A DNA stretch of 52,977 nt from Bacillota bacterium (GCA_009786825.1 WQRI01000003.1:1-52977); one strand, 5' to 3'; positions 25,982 through 34,612 are shown, numbered from the stretch's first letter. Translations and numbers: made by a program. Notes: generated by a model not told the origin, from the sequence alone.

Positions 25982-27304
25982 ATGTTCAGTACATTAGTAA
26001 GAGGGTTTGCAGACCCATCAATTAGAAAAAAGTTAATCGTAACACTTTTGCTGGTTGTAGTATATAGAATAGGTTGTATTGTTCCGGTTCCCGGAATTGA
26101 TGCACAAATTTTTAACGACGAAGTTGCGAACAACGAGTTTTTAGGAATATTAAGCGCGATAACAGGTGGAGCGTTAGCCAACGGGGCTTTCTTTGCTATG
26201 GGTATAGCGCCGTATATTAACGCTAGTATAATAATGCAACTTTTAACTATTGCCTTGCCACGACTTCAAGCATTATCTAAGCAAGGCACAGATGGGCGTA
26301 AAAAAATAGCACGATATACAAGATACCTAACACTTGTTCTAGCAATTATACAAGCGGTTGGCTTAGTTGTTGCGTGGGGCGATGCTTCAATTTCAACAAC
26401 TCTACTAGAGCCTATTTTCGGAACGAACGATGCGGCTAATAGGTGGGTAACAACCATTATGGTTATATTGTTCTTTACGGCGGGTACTGCATTTACTGTT
26501 TGGATAGGAGAGCGCATAACAGACCTAGGCATAGGTAATGGTATATCACTACTAATTTTTGTAGGAATAATAGCAACGGCGGGTAACGCATTAAGAGACA
26601 ACATACTAGCAATTTCTATGGATAACTTGTACCCAGTTTGGGGACTCTTAGGCTTTGTCGGCTTGTTAATACTGATATTTGCGCTAATTATATATGTAGA
26701 TATGGCACAGCGGAAAATCCCCGTACAGTACGCAAAACAAGTTAAGGGCAGAAAAATGTATGGCGGACAAAGCACTTTCATACCAATGAAAATAAACGCG
26801 AGCGGTGTTTTACCTATTATATTTGCTTCCAGTTTGGTTGCATTCCCAAGCCTTATACTAATGGTTTTCAATATAACTGATGGGTGGTTTGCAGACTTTT
26901 GGAACAGATTTATGTTAATGGGTCGCCCGCTATATACAGTTGTAACTGGTTTGTTGATATTAGGTTTTGCGTTTTTCTATGCGCAGGCTAATTTCGACCC
27001 AATAGATGTATCTAGAAACATTCAGCAAAACGGGGGCTTCATACCGGGAATCAGACCGGGCAGACCAACGGCAGAATATCTAAAGCGGGTTCACACGCGC
27101 ATAACACTTTTTGGTGCGCTATTCTTAGCGGCAGTTGCAATAATACCGGCATTTATATTTGGCTTTGTTGTTCCGGGTAACCAAACGCTTATTAATGCGT
27201 TTACAGCAACCGGTATGCTAATTGTTGTATCCGTAGCGCTAGAGTTAGACAGACAAATACAAGCACAATTAATGATGAAGCAATACAAAGGCTTTTTAGA
27301 TTGA
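25982..27304 (+). CDS. secY: Preprotein translocase subunit SecY
   Basis: 440-aa polytopic protein. RKKLIVTLLLVVVYRIG..VPVPGID...GI.PYI.ASII.QLL...GGFIPGIRPG..T..YL. SD AAAGGAG. Confidence 0.97.
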   Translation: MFSTLVRGFADPSIRKKLIVTLLLVVVYRIGCIVPVPGIDAQIFNDEVANNEFLGILSAITGGALANGAFFAMGIAPYINASIIMQLLTIALPRLQALSKQGTDGRKKIARYTRYLTLVLAIIQAVGLVVAWGDASISTTLLEPIFGTNDAANRWVTTIMVILFFTAGTAFTVWIGERITDLGIGNGISLLIFVGIIATAGNALRDNILAISMDNLYPVWGLLGFVGLLILIFALIIYVDMAQRKIPVQYAKQVKGRKMYGGQSTFIPMKINASGVLPIIFASSLVAFPSLILMVFNITDGWFADFWNRFMLMGRPLYTVVTGLLILGFAFFYAQANFDPIDVSRNIQQNGGFIPGIRPGRPTAEYLKRVHTRITLFGALFLAAVAIIPAFIFGFVVPGNQTLINAFTATGMLIVVSVALELDRQIQAQLMMKQYKGFLD

Positions 27305-27307
27305 TAA

Positions 27308-27457
27308 AATGTTAAGTGTTAAATTTTTAATGTTAAATGGTTTCACCGCTTAGCGCGGGCAAAATGATTTTGCAAAATGGGTAAAATTTTCTAGCATACA
27401 CTTAAACAGTTTTGTGGTTTAACAATTTAAAATTTAACATTCAACATTTAGCATTAA
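27308..27457 (+). repeat. F1 element copy P (forward)
   Basis: AATGTTAAGTGTTAAATTTTTAATGTTAAATG, GTTTCACCGCTTAGCGCGGGCAAAAT, TTTTGCAAAAT, ... right arm AACAATTTAAAATTTAACATTCAACATTTAGCATT. Confidence 0.85.
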
Positions 27458-27462
27458 AACTT

Positions 27463-28152
27463 ATGAACATAATTATACTTGGTGCGCAGGGGTCTGGAAA
27501 AGGCACTCAGTGCGAAAAATTGAAACAGCATTATAACATACCGCACATAGCAACGGGTGATATACTAAGGTATAATATAAAAATGCAAACGGAATTAGGC
27601 AAAAAGGTAGAGCCGATTGTTAAAAGTGGCGCACTTGTTCCGGACGACATACTAATAGAGTTAATGGGCGGCAGAATAAAAGAGGCGGATGCAGAAAAGG
27701 GCTTTTTACTAGATGGCTTTCCGCGTACTTTGGCGCAAGCGGTAGGGCTAGAAAACATTAAGGCTATAGATGTTTGCGTATATATAGAAGTAGACCAGCA
27801 AGCATTAATACAAAGGCTTTCTAATAGGCGAATGTGTGATACGTGCGGTAACATTGTAAGTGTGCTAACACACACGGGTGATGTTTGCGGTAAGGCTAGC
27901 CAAACTACTAGCGAGGGCGAGAGCAAAGGCAAGGTTAAGGGCGAAGCAAGCCAATGCAAAGGCAAATTATTTCAGCGAGACGACGACAAGCCAGAAGCAA
28001 TAAAAACAAGGCTAGATGCTTTCTACACACAAACTTTTCCGCTTATAGACTATTACAAAAATCAGAACAAACTTGCTCGCGTAGATGGCAACCAAAGTGT
28101 AGAGCAAGTGTTTACAGACATCAAAGAAGCGCTACTAAAAGCAGGTTTTTAA
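27463..28152 (+). CDS. adk: Adenylate kinase, with an enlarged zinc LID
   Basis: MNIIILGAQGSGKGTQ...GDILR...LLDGFPRT..Q...RR.C..CG...QRDDD. The track ORF's first 17 aa are translation of an F1 arm. Confidence 0.95.
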   Translation: MNIIILGAQGSGKGTQCEKLKQHYNIPHIATGDILRYNIKMQTELGKKVEPIVKSGALVPDDILIELMGGRIKEADAEKGFLLDGFPRTLAQAVGLENIKAIDVCVYIEVDQQALIQRLSNRRMCDTCGNIVSVLTHTGDVCGKASQTTSEGESKGKVKGEASQCKGKLFQRDDDKPEAIKTRLDAFYTQTFPLIDYYKNQNKLARVDGNQSVEQVFTDIKEALLKAGF

Positions 28153-28228
28153 TTAAGTGTAGCAGGTTTTTAATAAAGTTTTAAGACCCGCCAAAACTTA
28201 CTAATACCAAATTATAAAAGGCTAGTTT

Positions 28229-28978
28229 ATGAGAATTATTCCAAAAAGTGCAGACGAAATAAAAAAAATTAAAGCCAGTAGTGCCATCGTAAAAAGCGTG
28301 TTAGACCACCTAGAAGAATACCTTTGCGTTGGCATATCAAGTTTAGACCTAGACAAAATCGCGCACGACTACATTGTTAAGCGCGGTGCAAAGCCTGCAT
28401 TTTTAGGCTATGGTGGTTTTCCTGCAAGCCTATGCGTATCCATAAACGACGAAGTTGTACACGGGCTTCCAAAGGAAGGCAAGGTTGTAAGGTGTGGCGA
28501 TGTTGTGGCTTTAGATGTTGGCGTATACTACAACGGATATAATTCGGACGCGGGCAGAACTTACATTGTCGGGCGCGGGAATGAGCATAAACAAAAACTT
28601 GTAGACACCACAAAAAATTCACTTTACGTTGGGCTTAAAAATATAAAAGCGGGCAGTCGTGTTGGAGATATATCTAAGGCTATACAAAAAACTGTCGAGG
28701 CGGGCGGATACTCTGTTGTGCGCGACTTAACCGGACACGGCATAGGAAAAAAACTTCACGAAGAGCCAAGCATACCAAATTTCTTTCACCCACGCTACAA
28801 TCAAATTTTACCGGCGGGCGCAACAATTTGTGTAGAGCCAATGGTAAATGCCGGCAAGTACCACGTGGTGCTAGACATAGATGGCTTCACATACAAAAGC
28901 AAAGACGGAAGCCTATCAGCCTTTTACGAGCATTGTATAGTTATATTATCAGATGGCATAGAAATACTAACAAGTTAG
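28229..28978 (+). CDS. map: Methionine aminopeptidase, type I
   Basis: GYGGFPAS.C.S.N.EV.HG.P....GD.V..DVG....GY..D...T...G...H.IG..HE.P.IP...EPM...G. Confidence 0.95.
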   Translation: MRIIPKSADEIKKIKASSAIVKSVLDHLEEYLCVGISSLDLDKIAHDYIVKRGAKPAFLGYGGFPASLCVSINDEVVHGLPKEGKVVRCGDVVALDVGVYYNGYNSDAGRTYIVGRGNEHKQKLVDTTKNSLYVGLKNIKAGSRVGDISKAIQKTVEAGGYSVVRDLTGHGIGKKLHEEPSIPNFFHPRYNQILPAGATICVEPMVNAGKYHVVLDIDGFTYKSKDGSLSAFYEHCIVILSDGIEILTS

Positions 28979-28980
28979 AT

Positions 28981-29004
28981 GATACTAATTTGCAAATTAG
29001 TATC
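28981..29004. other. Perfect 11-bp palindrome after the map stop
   Basis: GATACTAATTT-GC-AAATTAGTATC. Confidence 0.6.
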
Positions 29005-29053
29005 AGAATTCAGAATTTTAGGATTTAGGATTCCGAATTGTTTCACCGCTAGC
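29005..29053 (+). repeat. F1 fragment Q (left arm plus start of core)
   Basis: AGAATTCAGAATTTTAGGATTTAGGATTCCGAATTG then TTTCACCGCTAGC. The rest of the element is absent. Confidence 0.6.
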
Positions 29054-29081
29054 ATTAGTTTTTTTGCAAGGGGTACATTAA

Positions 29082-29450
29082 ATGAATAAAACAGCAAAGT
29101 CAGCAAAAAAGAAAAAAGGCAAAATAGAACATAGCAAAGTTTTACTAGGGGCGCAGATGCCAGAATCTAACCCAAAGCCTGTCTACATTGCAAAAGTAGG
29201 TAGTGTGGTGAAATCACTCGCGGGCAGAGACAAGGGCAGTTTGTATATAATATACAGTATTATAGATGCGAATTTTGTCTACTTAGTAGATGGGCGTGGC
29301 AAAAAAATTACAACTCCTAAAAAGAAAAAACTAAAGCACATAAAACTAACGGGAGATGAGTTAGCAAACATAGCCTTAAAAATTAAAGAAAGCAAAGTTA
29401 TACACGATGCGGAAATCTCAAGCGCATTAAGAAAGTTATCACAAGTTTAA
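29082..29450 (+). CDS. KOW-domain RNA-binding protein, found between map and infA in Clostridia
   Basis: VGSVVKSLAGRDKGSLYIIYSIIDANFVYLVDGRGKKITTPKKKKLKHIKL. The start is ambiguous (ATG 29082 with AAGGGG, or ATG 29157 with AGGGG). Confidence 0.7.
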   Translation: MNKTAKSAKKKKGKIEHSKVLLGAQMPESNPKPVYIAKVGSVVKSLAGRDKGSLYIIYSIIDANFVYLVDGRGKKITTPKKKKLKHIKLTGDELANIALKIKESKVIHDAEISSALRKLSQV

Positions 29451-29548
29451 GGGTGTTTGTAGCAAAGTTTAAGGTTGCTTGTGATAAGGTTAGTGGTTGC
29501 AATAATGTTTAAAGCATTTGTAAAAACAAAAAAACAAGAGGTGGGTTT

Positions 29549-29770
29549 ATGGCAAAAAGTGATATGATAGAAGCAGAAGGTATTGTACTAGAGACATTAA
29601 GAGACGCAAGGTTTAAAGTGCAACTAACTAATGGCCATATTATCACGGCGGTAATAAGTGGTAGGCTAAGGCAAAACTGGATAAAAATATTAGAGGGCGA
29701 CAAAGTAAAAGTTGAGATGTCACCCTATGATTTAACAAAAGGGCGCATAACGTGGCGTGACAAAAAATAA
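29549..29770 (+). CDS. infA: Translation initiation factor IF-1
   Basis: [70 protein letters not shown]. Confidence 0.97.
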   Translation: MAKSDMIEAEGIVLETLRDARFKVQLTNGHIITAVISGRLRQNWIKILEGDKVKVEMSPYDLTKGRITWRDKK

Positions 29771-29900
29771 TATTTGAAGTGCTATATACGGCGTTATACT
29801 TCGGCGAGTGTTGCGGTTTTCTGCGGTTGCGTACAAGTAGTACGCGCCCTTCGCAAAGCCGCAGACTTCCATGCCTAACTCGCATCTAGTCTCAAATATC
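29771..29900 (+). repeat. F2 element copy 4 (short form)
   Basis: Starts at the base after TAA. Outer IR TATTTGAAG/(T)CTCAAATA, CTATATACGGCGTTATACTTCGGCG, stem CTGCGG/CCGCAG, hairpin GCGTAC-AAGTA-GTACGC. Confidence 0.85.
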
Positions 29901-30000
29901 TAGTGTTAGCCTGTGTTTGAGTATTTTTAAGTAGTTTTCGCTTGTAATCAGATTTCGATTTACTAACGCAAAAAGTCAGTTTTAAAAGGAGTATATAAAA

Positions 30001-30117
30001 ATGAAAGTAAGAGCAGGGGTAAAACCAATCTGCGATAAGTGCAGAATAATAAGGCGCAAGGGTAGGGTAATGGTTATTTGTGCTAAATATCCGCGTCACA
30101 AGCAAAAGCAAGGCTAG
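30001..30117 (+). CDS. rpmJ: 50S ribosomal protein L36 (bL36)
   Basis: Not in the ORF track (38 aa): [47 protein letters not shown] at 29986-29992. Confidence 0.95.
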   Translation: MKVRAGVKPICDKCRIIRRKGRVMVICAKYPRHKQKQG

Positions 30118-30187
30118 TTAGTTATAGCGTTTGCAAAAAACTTTTTTTGTAAAGTTTTGTCAAATGCTTTCAAAATTAATTAATTTA

Positions 30188-30196
30188 TGGTATAAT
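30188..30196 (+). promoter_or_regulatory. Extended -10 (TGGTATAAT), a candidate internal promoter upstream of rpsM
   Basis: TGG-TATAAT at 30188-30196. Only a weak -35 (TTTCAA) at 17-nt spacing. Confidence 0.35.
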
Positions 30197-30289
30197 TGAT
30201 AAGTTAAGGGTTTTCAAATAAACTTGTCAAATATTTTTTAAAACAAAAATATTGTAATTAATATAATTACACATTAACACGGAGGAGTT

Positions 30290-30664
30290 ATGGCTCGTAT
30301 AGCAGGTGTAGATTTACCAAGAGAAAAAAGGGTTCTTATAGGGCTTACTTATATATATGGAATCGGAAGGCATACTTCAGAGCGCATACTTAATGCGGTA
30401 GGTATTCCTTTAGACGCGCGCATTAAAAACTTAACAGAGTCAGATGTTGGTGCATTAAGAAACTATATAGATACTAATATTAAGGTAGAGGGAGACGCAA
30501 GGCGCGAGGTTCAACTTAATATTAAAAGATTAATGGATATAGGCTCTTACAGAGGCATACGCCACAGAAAAGGTTTGCCAGTAAGGGGGCAGTCAACAAA
30601 GCAAAACGCAAGAACTAGGAAGGGACCGAAGAAGACTGTGTCTAAGGGCAAAAAGAAAAAATAG
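30290..30664 (+). CDS. rpsM: 30S ribosomal protein S13 (uS13)
   Basis: [29 protein letters not shown]...GI.......L.E.......I....[47 protein letters not shown]. Confidence 0.97.
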   Translation: MARIAGVDLPREKRVLIGLTYIYGIGRHTSERILNAVGIPLDARIKNLTESDVGALRNYIDTNIKVEGDARREVQLNIKRLMDIGSYRGIRHRKGLPVRGQSTKQNARTRKGPKKTVSKGKKKK

Positions 30665-30665
30665 G

Positions 30666-30794
30666 TTTTTAATGGTTATAAACTTCGCAATACTTCGTCA
30701 AACTTCGAATTTGCTCAGTTTGCGTACGCCAAGTACGCGGCACTTCGCAAATTCTCGTTTTCCTTGTCTTGCTCGCTTCTAACCATTAAAAATA
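30666..30794 (+). repeat. F2 element copy 5 (short form)
   Basis: Outer IR TTTTTAATGGTTA/TAACCATTAAAAA, ACTTCG x3, stem GAATTTGC/GCAAATTC, hairpin GCGTAC-GCCAA-GTACGC. Confidence 0.85.
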
Positions 30795-30947
30795 CGCAGC
30801 ATATCTCAGAACTTCAAACGGGCTTGCGAGATGCTCGCTTCTAACCATTAAAAATGCGCAAAACGGGCTTGCGTGCGTAACCATTAAAAATATTCCCGCG
30901 ATAGCGGGTGAAGCCATTTAACATTTAGCATTTAAAATTTAACATTA
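30795..30947. repeat. Repeat debris: two extra F2 right ends plus reverse F1 fragment R
   Basis: GCTCGCTTCTAACCATTAAAAAT recurs at 30833-30855, GCGTGCGTAACCATTAAAAAT at 30871-30891, and CCCGCGATAGCGGGTGAAGCCATTTAACATTTAGCATTTAAAATTTAACATT at 30895-30947. Confidence 0.65.
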
Positions 30948-31020
30948 AGTATACGAGAAAAGTAATTTTTTCGGAGGGTTTTGTGGTAGGCTTGTTAAAA
31001 GTCGGTCACTTGAAAGAAAT

Positions 31021-31422
31021 ATGTCTAAACAGAAAAGGGGGCAGTCATCTGCCAGAAGAAAAAAGTCAACCAAAAATATTGATAGGGGCAAGGTATTTAT
31101 ATCTAGTTCTTTTAACAATACAATTATCACAATAACAGATATGGGCGGGAACGCTATCGCTTGGGGTAGTGGCGGTTCTGTGGGCTTTAAGGGTTCTAGA
31201 AAGTCTACTGCTTATGCGGCACAAGTTGCGGCAGAAAAAGCAGCAAGGGCGGCTAAAGAACACGGCTTTCGCTCTGCAGAAGTTTACGTTAAAGGACCGG
31301 GCGCTGGTCGCGAGTCTGCTATAAGGGCGCTTCAATCTGCACAGATTCAAGTTACACTTATAAAAGATGTATCCCCAATCCCACACAATGGTTGCAGACC
31401 ACCAAAAAAGAGAAGAATTTAA
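31021..31422 (+). CDS. rpsK: 30S ribosomal protein S11 (uS11)
   Basis: G...I..SFNNTI.T.TD..GN...[25 protein letters not shown].......VKGPG.GRE.AIRAL...G......[16 protein letters not shown]. Confidence 0.97.
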   Translation: MSKQKRGQSSARRKKSTKNIDRGKVFISSSFNNTIITITDMGGNAIAWGSGGSVGFKGSRKSTAYAAQVAAEKAARAAKEHGFRSAEVYVKGPGAGRESAIRALQSAQIQVTLIKDVSPIPHNGCRPPKKRRI

Positions 31423-31684
31423 AAAAGGCGGCTTTGCCGCTTCCCTCGCTTGAGGCTCGGCTTTTTTGGCGAGGCAGTTGTACTAGGTTCTCAAAAACGA
31501 TATTTCCTAGTGCATAAAAAAAACCACACGTTTTACGTTGTGTCTTAGAATTAGTAGTCTACGTGTAAGTGTGCGATTAATCAGACTATACTAATCAGAC
31601 TATACATTTTTACGATGTGTTAGAAGTTGCCTTTAATCAGCAACATTGTACTTAAAAACAAACAAAAAACATAGAGGTCAAAAT

Positions 31685-32305
31685 ATGGCAAGGTATACAG
31701 GTCCGGTTTGCAGACTTTGCAGACGTGAAGGAACAAAATTATTTTTAAAGGGCGACAGATGTATGGGTCCTAAATGTGCTATTGTTAAGCGCCCATTTAT
31801 ACCGGGTGTACACGCACACGGCAGAAAAAAGTTTTCTGAATACGGAATTCAGTTAAGAGAAAAGCAAAAGGTTAAGCGCGCTTATGGCTTGTTAGAAAAG
31901 CAGTTTAAGGGCTATTATTTCAGAGCCATCAAAGTTAAGGGTAAAACTGGCGAGGCGCTTTTACAGTTTTTAGAGCGTCGTTTAGATAACGTTGTTTACA
32001 GAATGGGCATTGGGGCTTCTCGCCCGCAAGCAAGGCAGTTTGTAAACCACGGACACATCACAGTTAACGGAAAAACTGTAGACATACCATCTTACTTAGT
32101 AAAGGCGGGAGACATTATATCCATTAAAGAAAGCAAGCAGTCTATGCAAATGTATAAAGACTTACGCGGCGCAAAGGTAACAATGCCAAAGTGGTTGCAG
32201 TTCGACTTTAATAAACTTAGTGGCTCTGTGCTTCAACTGCCAGAGCGCGATGATATAGATTTAAACATTAACGAGCAGTTAATCGTAGAATTATACAGCC
32301 GTTAA
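31685..32305 (+). CDS. rpsD: 30S ribosomal protein S4 (uS4)
   Basis: [24 protein letters not shown]...C...R...PG.HG....K.SEYG.QLREKQK.KR.YG. SD AGAGGT at 31673-31678. Confidence 0.96.
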   Translation: MARYTGPVCRLCRREGTKLFLKGDRCMGPKCAIVKRPFIPGVHAHGRKKFSEYGIQLREKQKVKRAYGLLEKQFKGYYFRAIKVKGKTGEALLQFLERRLDNVVYRMGIGASRPQARQFVNHGHITVNGKTVDIPSYLVKAGDIISIKESKQSMQMYKDLRGAKVTMPKWLQFDFNKLSGSVLQLPERDDIDLNINEQLIVELYSR

Positions 32306-32327
32306 TTTTTAAAGCACTATGCGCTAG

Positions 32328-32476
32328 TATTCAATGAACATTGAACACTTAACATTGAATAATTTTTTTGTCTTAGCGGACGGCAAAGTTCGTACAACCA
32401 AAAAACACTAACAATTAAAAAGGCTTCGAAGAAGCCATAAAGCAATTGTTCAGTGTTCAATGTTCAGTGTTAATTG
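32328..32476. repeat. F1-like element copy S (GAACATT-type arms, divergent core)
   Basis: Left arm TATTCAATGAACATTGAACACTTAACATTGAATAATT, right arm CAATTGTTCAGTGTTCAATGTTCAGTGTTAATTG. The interior lacks the GTTTCACC core but has the hairpin GGCTTC-GAA-GAAGCC. Confidence 0.65.
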
Positions 32477-32513
32477 TAATTTGTAATTTAAATTAATCGG
32501 AGAAAAATAAATT

Positions 32514-33470
32514 ATGATGCAAGTAGAAACGCCAAAAATCAGACTGGAAAAAGAAAGTGCAGATTTGTCTTTTGCTAGATTTGTGGTAGACCCACTAGAG
32601 CGCGGTTACGGAACTACTTTAGGAAATTCGCTTAGGCGAATGCTTTTGTCTCAGTTGCCGGGTGCGGCGGCGGTTGGTGTTACTATAGATGGGGTTGCAC
32701 ACGAGTTTTCAACAATTAAGGGTGTTAAAGAAGATGTTGTAGACATCATACTAAACCTTAAAGGCTTAGCGGTTAAAATTTTAGATGAAGATATCACAAG
32801 CAAAAAAACTCTAAGGCTTATAGCAAACAAGGCAGGCATACTAACAGCGAAAGATTTTGAAACTAACCCAGAAGTAGAAATTCTAAACCCAGAACACTAT
32901 ATCTGCACGCTAGACAAAGGCGGTAAGATAGATATGCACGTTGTTGTGGGTAGGGGGCGCGGATATGTGTCTGCAGAGCGCAATAAAGACCCTCGCCAAC
33001 CAATTGGTTACATACCAATGGATAGCACTTTTACACCTGTTATAAAAGCAAACTATTTTGTAGAAAACACGCGTGTTGGACAAAATATAGACTACGACAA
33101 ACTAACGCTAGAAGTTACAACAAACGCAACAGTATCAGCAAAAGAAGTAGTAGCACTATCTGCAAAAATTGTAGAAGAGCATACTCAACTGTTCGTAACG
33201 CTAGTAGAAGATATAGCCAGAACAACAATACTAACTCAGCCGCAAGAAGACAAAGAGAAAGAAATTTTAGAAATGTCTATAGAAGACTTAGAGCTTTCTG
33301 TTAGAAGTTCTAACTGCTTAAAGCGCGCAAACATTCACACAGTACAAGATTTAATAAACAAAACAGAAGATGAAATGCTAAGGGTTAAAAACCTAGGCAA
33401 AAAGTCTTTAGACGAAATTGTAAACAAGTTAGCGAATATGGGGTTGGGATTCCGCACGGAAGAAGACTAA
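32514..33470 (+). CDS. rpoA: DNA-directed RNA polymerase subunit alpha
   Basis: F.V.PLERGYG.TLGN.LRR.LLS.LPG.A...V.IDGV.HEF....GV.EDV..I.LNLK...L..S.R..NCLKRA.I.T...L......E....KN.G.KSL.EI. Confidence 0.97.
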   Translation: MMQVETPKIRLEKESADLSFARFVVDPLERGYGTTLGNSLRRMLLSQLPGAAAVGVTIDGVAHEFSTIKGVKEDVVDIILNLKGLAVKILDEDITSKKTLRLIANKAGILTAKDFETNPEVEILNPEHYICTLDKGGKIDMHVVVGRGRGYVSAERNKDPRQPIGYIPMDSTFTPVIKANYFVENTRVGQNIDYDKLTLEVTTNATVSAKEVVALSAKIVEEHTQLFVTLVEDIARTTILTQPQEDKEKEILEMSIEDLELSVRSSNCLKRANIHTVQDLINKTEDEMLRVKNLGKKSLDEIVNKLANMGLGFRTEED

Positions 33471-33658
33471 ATTTGAAGTCGTATATACTGCGCAATACTT
33501 CGTCGAGCGTTACGGTTTTCTGCGGTCACGTACATTTAGTACGCTCCCTTGAAAATCCGCCGCTCTTCGACCGAGCCGTAAACCGTAAGGTTTTAGCCTT
33601 TTGCGTAGCGAAAGCGTCAAAAGGCGAGGTGTCTTGCTTGTATCTACAACTTCAAATC
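33470..33658 (+). repeat. F2 element copy 6 (long form), followed by a duplicated right end at 33675-33693
   Basis: Outer IR AATTTGAAGT/ACTTCAAAT. The first A is the last base of the rpoA TAA. Hairpin CGTAC-ATTTA-GTACG, 65-nt module at 33568-33632. ATCTACAACTTCAAATCAT is repeated 14 nt downstream. Confidence 0.88.
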
Positions 33659-33745
33659 ATAAAGGAAACTAATTATCTACAACTTCAAATCATTAGGGGA
33701 ACTATTTTTCAAGTTTTAAACGCTTGACACTTTGGAGATAAAATA

Positions 33746-34264
33746 ATGGGAGCAAATAATCAAAGAAAATTAGGTAGAGACTCAGCACACAGAAAAGCGC
33801 TTTTAAGAAATCAAGCGTCGTTTTTACTGTGGTATGGCAGAATAGAAACTACTTTGCATAAGGCAAAAGAAGTTAGGTCTTACGCCGAGAAAATAATTAC
33901 TCTGGCAGTAAATTCTTACACCGATGTAACTAAGGTTAAAAAGCAAAAGGTAAACGTTAAGGGCAACAAGGTAACAGTAGATGTTGTTAACGACGGACCA
34001 AAGCGTTTAAACGCAAGGCGTCTTATAATGTCTAAAGTGTACGACTTGCAAGAGTTACAACACCCAAAAGAAAAAAAGGCAGCATTCAAAGCAAGAACGC
34101 GCTCTATAAACCACCCACTAGTAGAGAAAATCTTTAACGAATACGCACCACGCTACGCAAAGCGCAAAGAAGAAACAGGACAAGGCGGCGGCTACACTCG
34201 CATAATCAAACTAGGCAGGCGCCAAGGCGACAACGCAGAAATCGCAATCCTAGAACTAGTGTAA
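33746..34264 (+). CDS. rplQ: 50S ribosomal protein L17 (bL17), with an internal insertion
   Basis: RKLGR.S.HRKALLRN.A..L...G.I.TT..KAKE.R...EK.IT.A...GGYTRI.K...R.GD.AE.A..ELV. About 40 extra residues (SYTDVTKVKKQKVNVKGNKVTVDVVNDGP) compared with typical 115-130 aa proteins. Confidence 0.93.
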   Translation: MGANNQRKLGRDSAHRKALLRNQASFLLWYGRIETTLHKAKEVRSYAEKIITLAVNSYTDVTKVKKQKVNVKGNKVTVDVVNDGPKRLNARRLIMSKVYDLQELQHPKEKKAAFKARTRSINHPLVEKIFNEYAPRYAKRKEETGQGGGYTRIIKLGRRQGDNAEIAILELV

Positions 34265-34287
34265 CACTATTTTTATTGTATGGAACC

Positions 34288-34326
34288 AAAACCTTTAAAT
34301 GTGCTTTGCTATTTAAAGGTTTTTTG
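34288..34326 (+). terminator. Rho-independent terminator closing the ribosomal super-operon
   Basis: Stem AAAACCTTTAAAT (34288-34300) / ATTTAAAGGTTTT (34311-34323), 10-nt loop, trailing T-run. Confidence 0.8.
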
Positions 34327-34397
34327 CTATACCGCAACTTTTTTCACAGAACCTAAAAATTGTTATATCTAGTAAGAGAATTTTTTGCTTGAAATGC

Positions 34398-34426
34398 TTG
34401 CTTTATTTTGCGGAATTTGGTATAAT
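34398..34426 (+). promoter_or_regulatory. Strong sigma-A promoter with extended -10
   Basis: TTGCTT (34398-34403), 17-nt spacer, TGG-TATAAT (-10 at 34421-34426). Confidence 0.6.
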
Positions 34427-34580
34427 ATGGGGGTTGGATTTGTTGTGTGATTTTTTTGAAATATGATTAACAAAGGTTTTTGTAGATGAAGCGTAGTAAA
34501 TTCCAAAATAAAATAGTAATGCATATTGATAGTAAGAGAGTTGCTTGCGTGTTTTATATTTTTATCAGTTGTTATAATTA

Positions 34581-34612
34581 ATACCGCTACTTTTGTAGTG
34601 GTATTTTTTTTG
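34581..34612 (+). terminator. Rho-independent terminator or attenuator about 150 nt downstream of the 34398 promoter
   Basis: ATACCGCTAC-TTTT-GTAGTGGTAT (one G-U pair), followed by T8. Confidence 0.65.

Noticed and set aside
31423-31684. Intrinsic terminator after rpsK (GGCGGC-TTT-GCCGC, and GGCTCGGCTTTTTT)
   Set aside because: The stems are short or imperfect and the T-run does not directly follow a stable hairpin. rpsD, rpoA and rplQ downstream probably need read-through. Not annotated.
33473-33727. 84-aa plus-strand ORF between rpoA and rplQ
   Set aside because: It is entirely translation of F2 copy 6 and its duplicated end. No SD.
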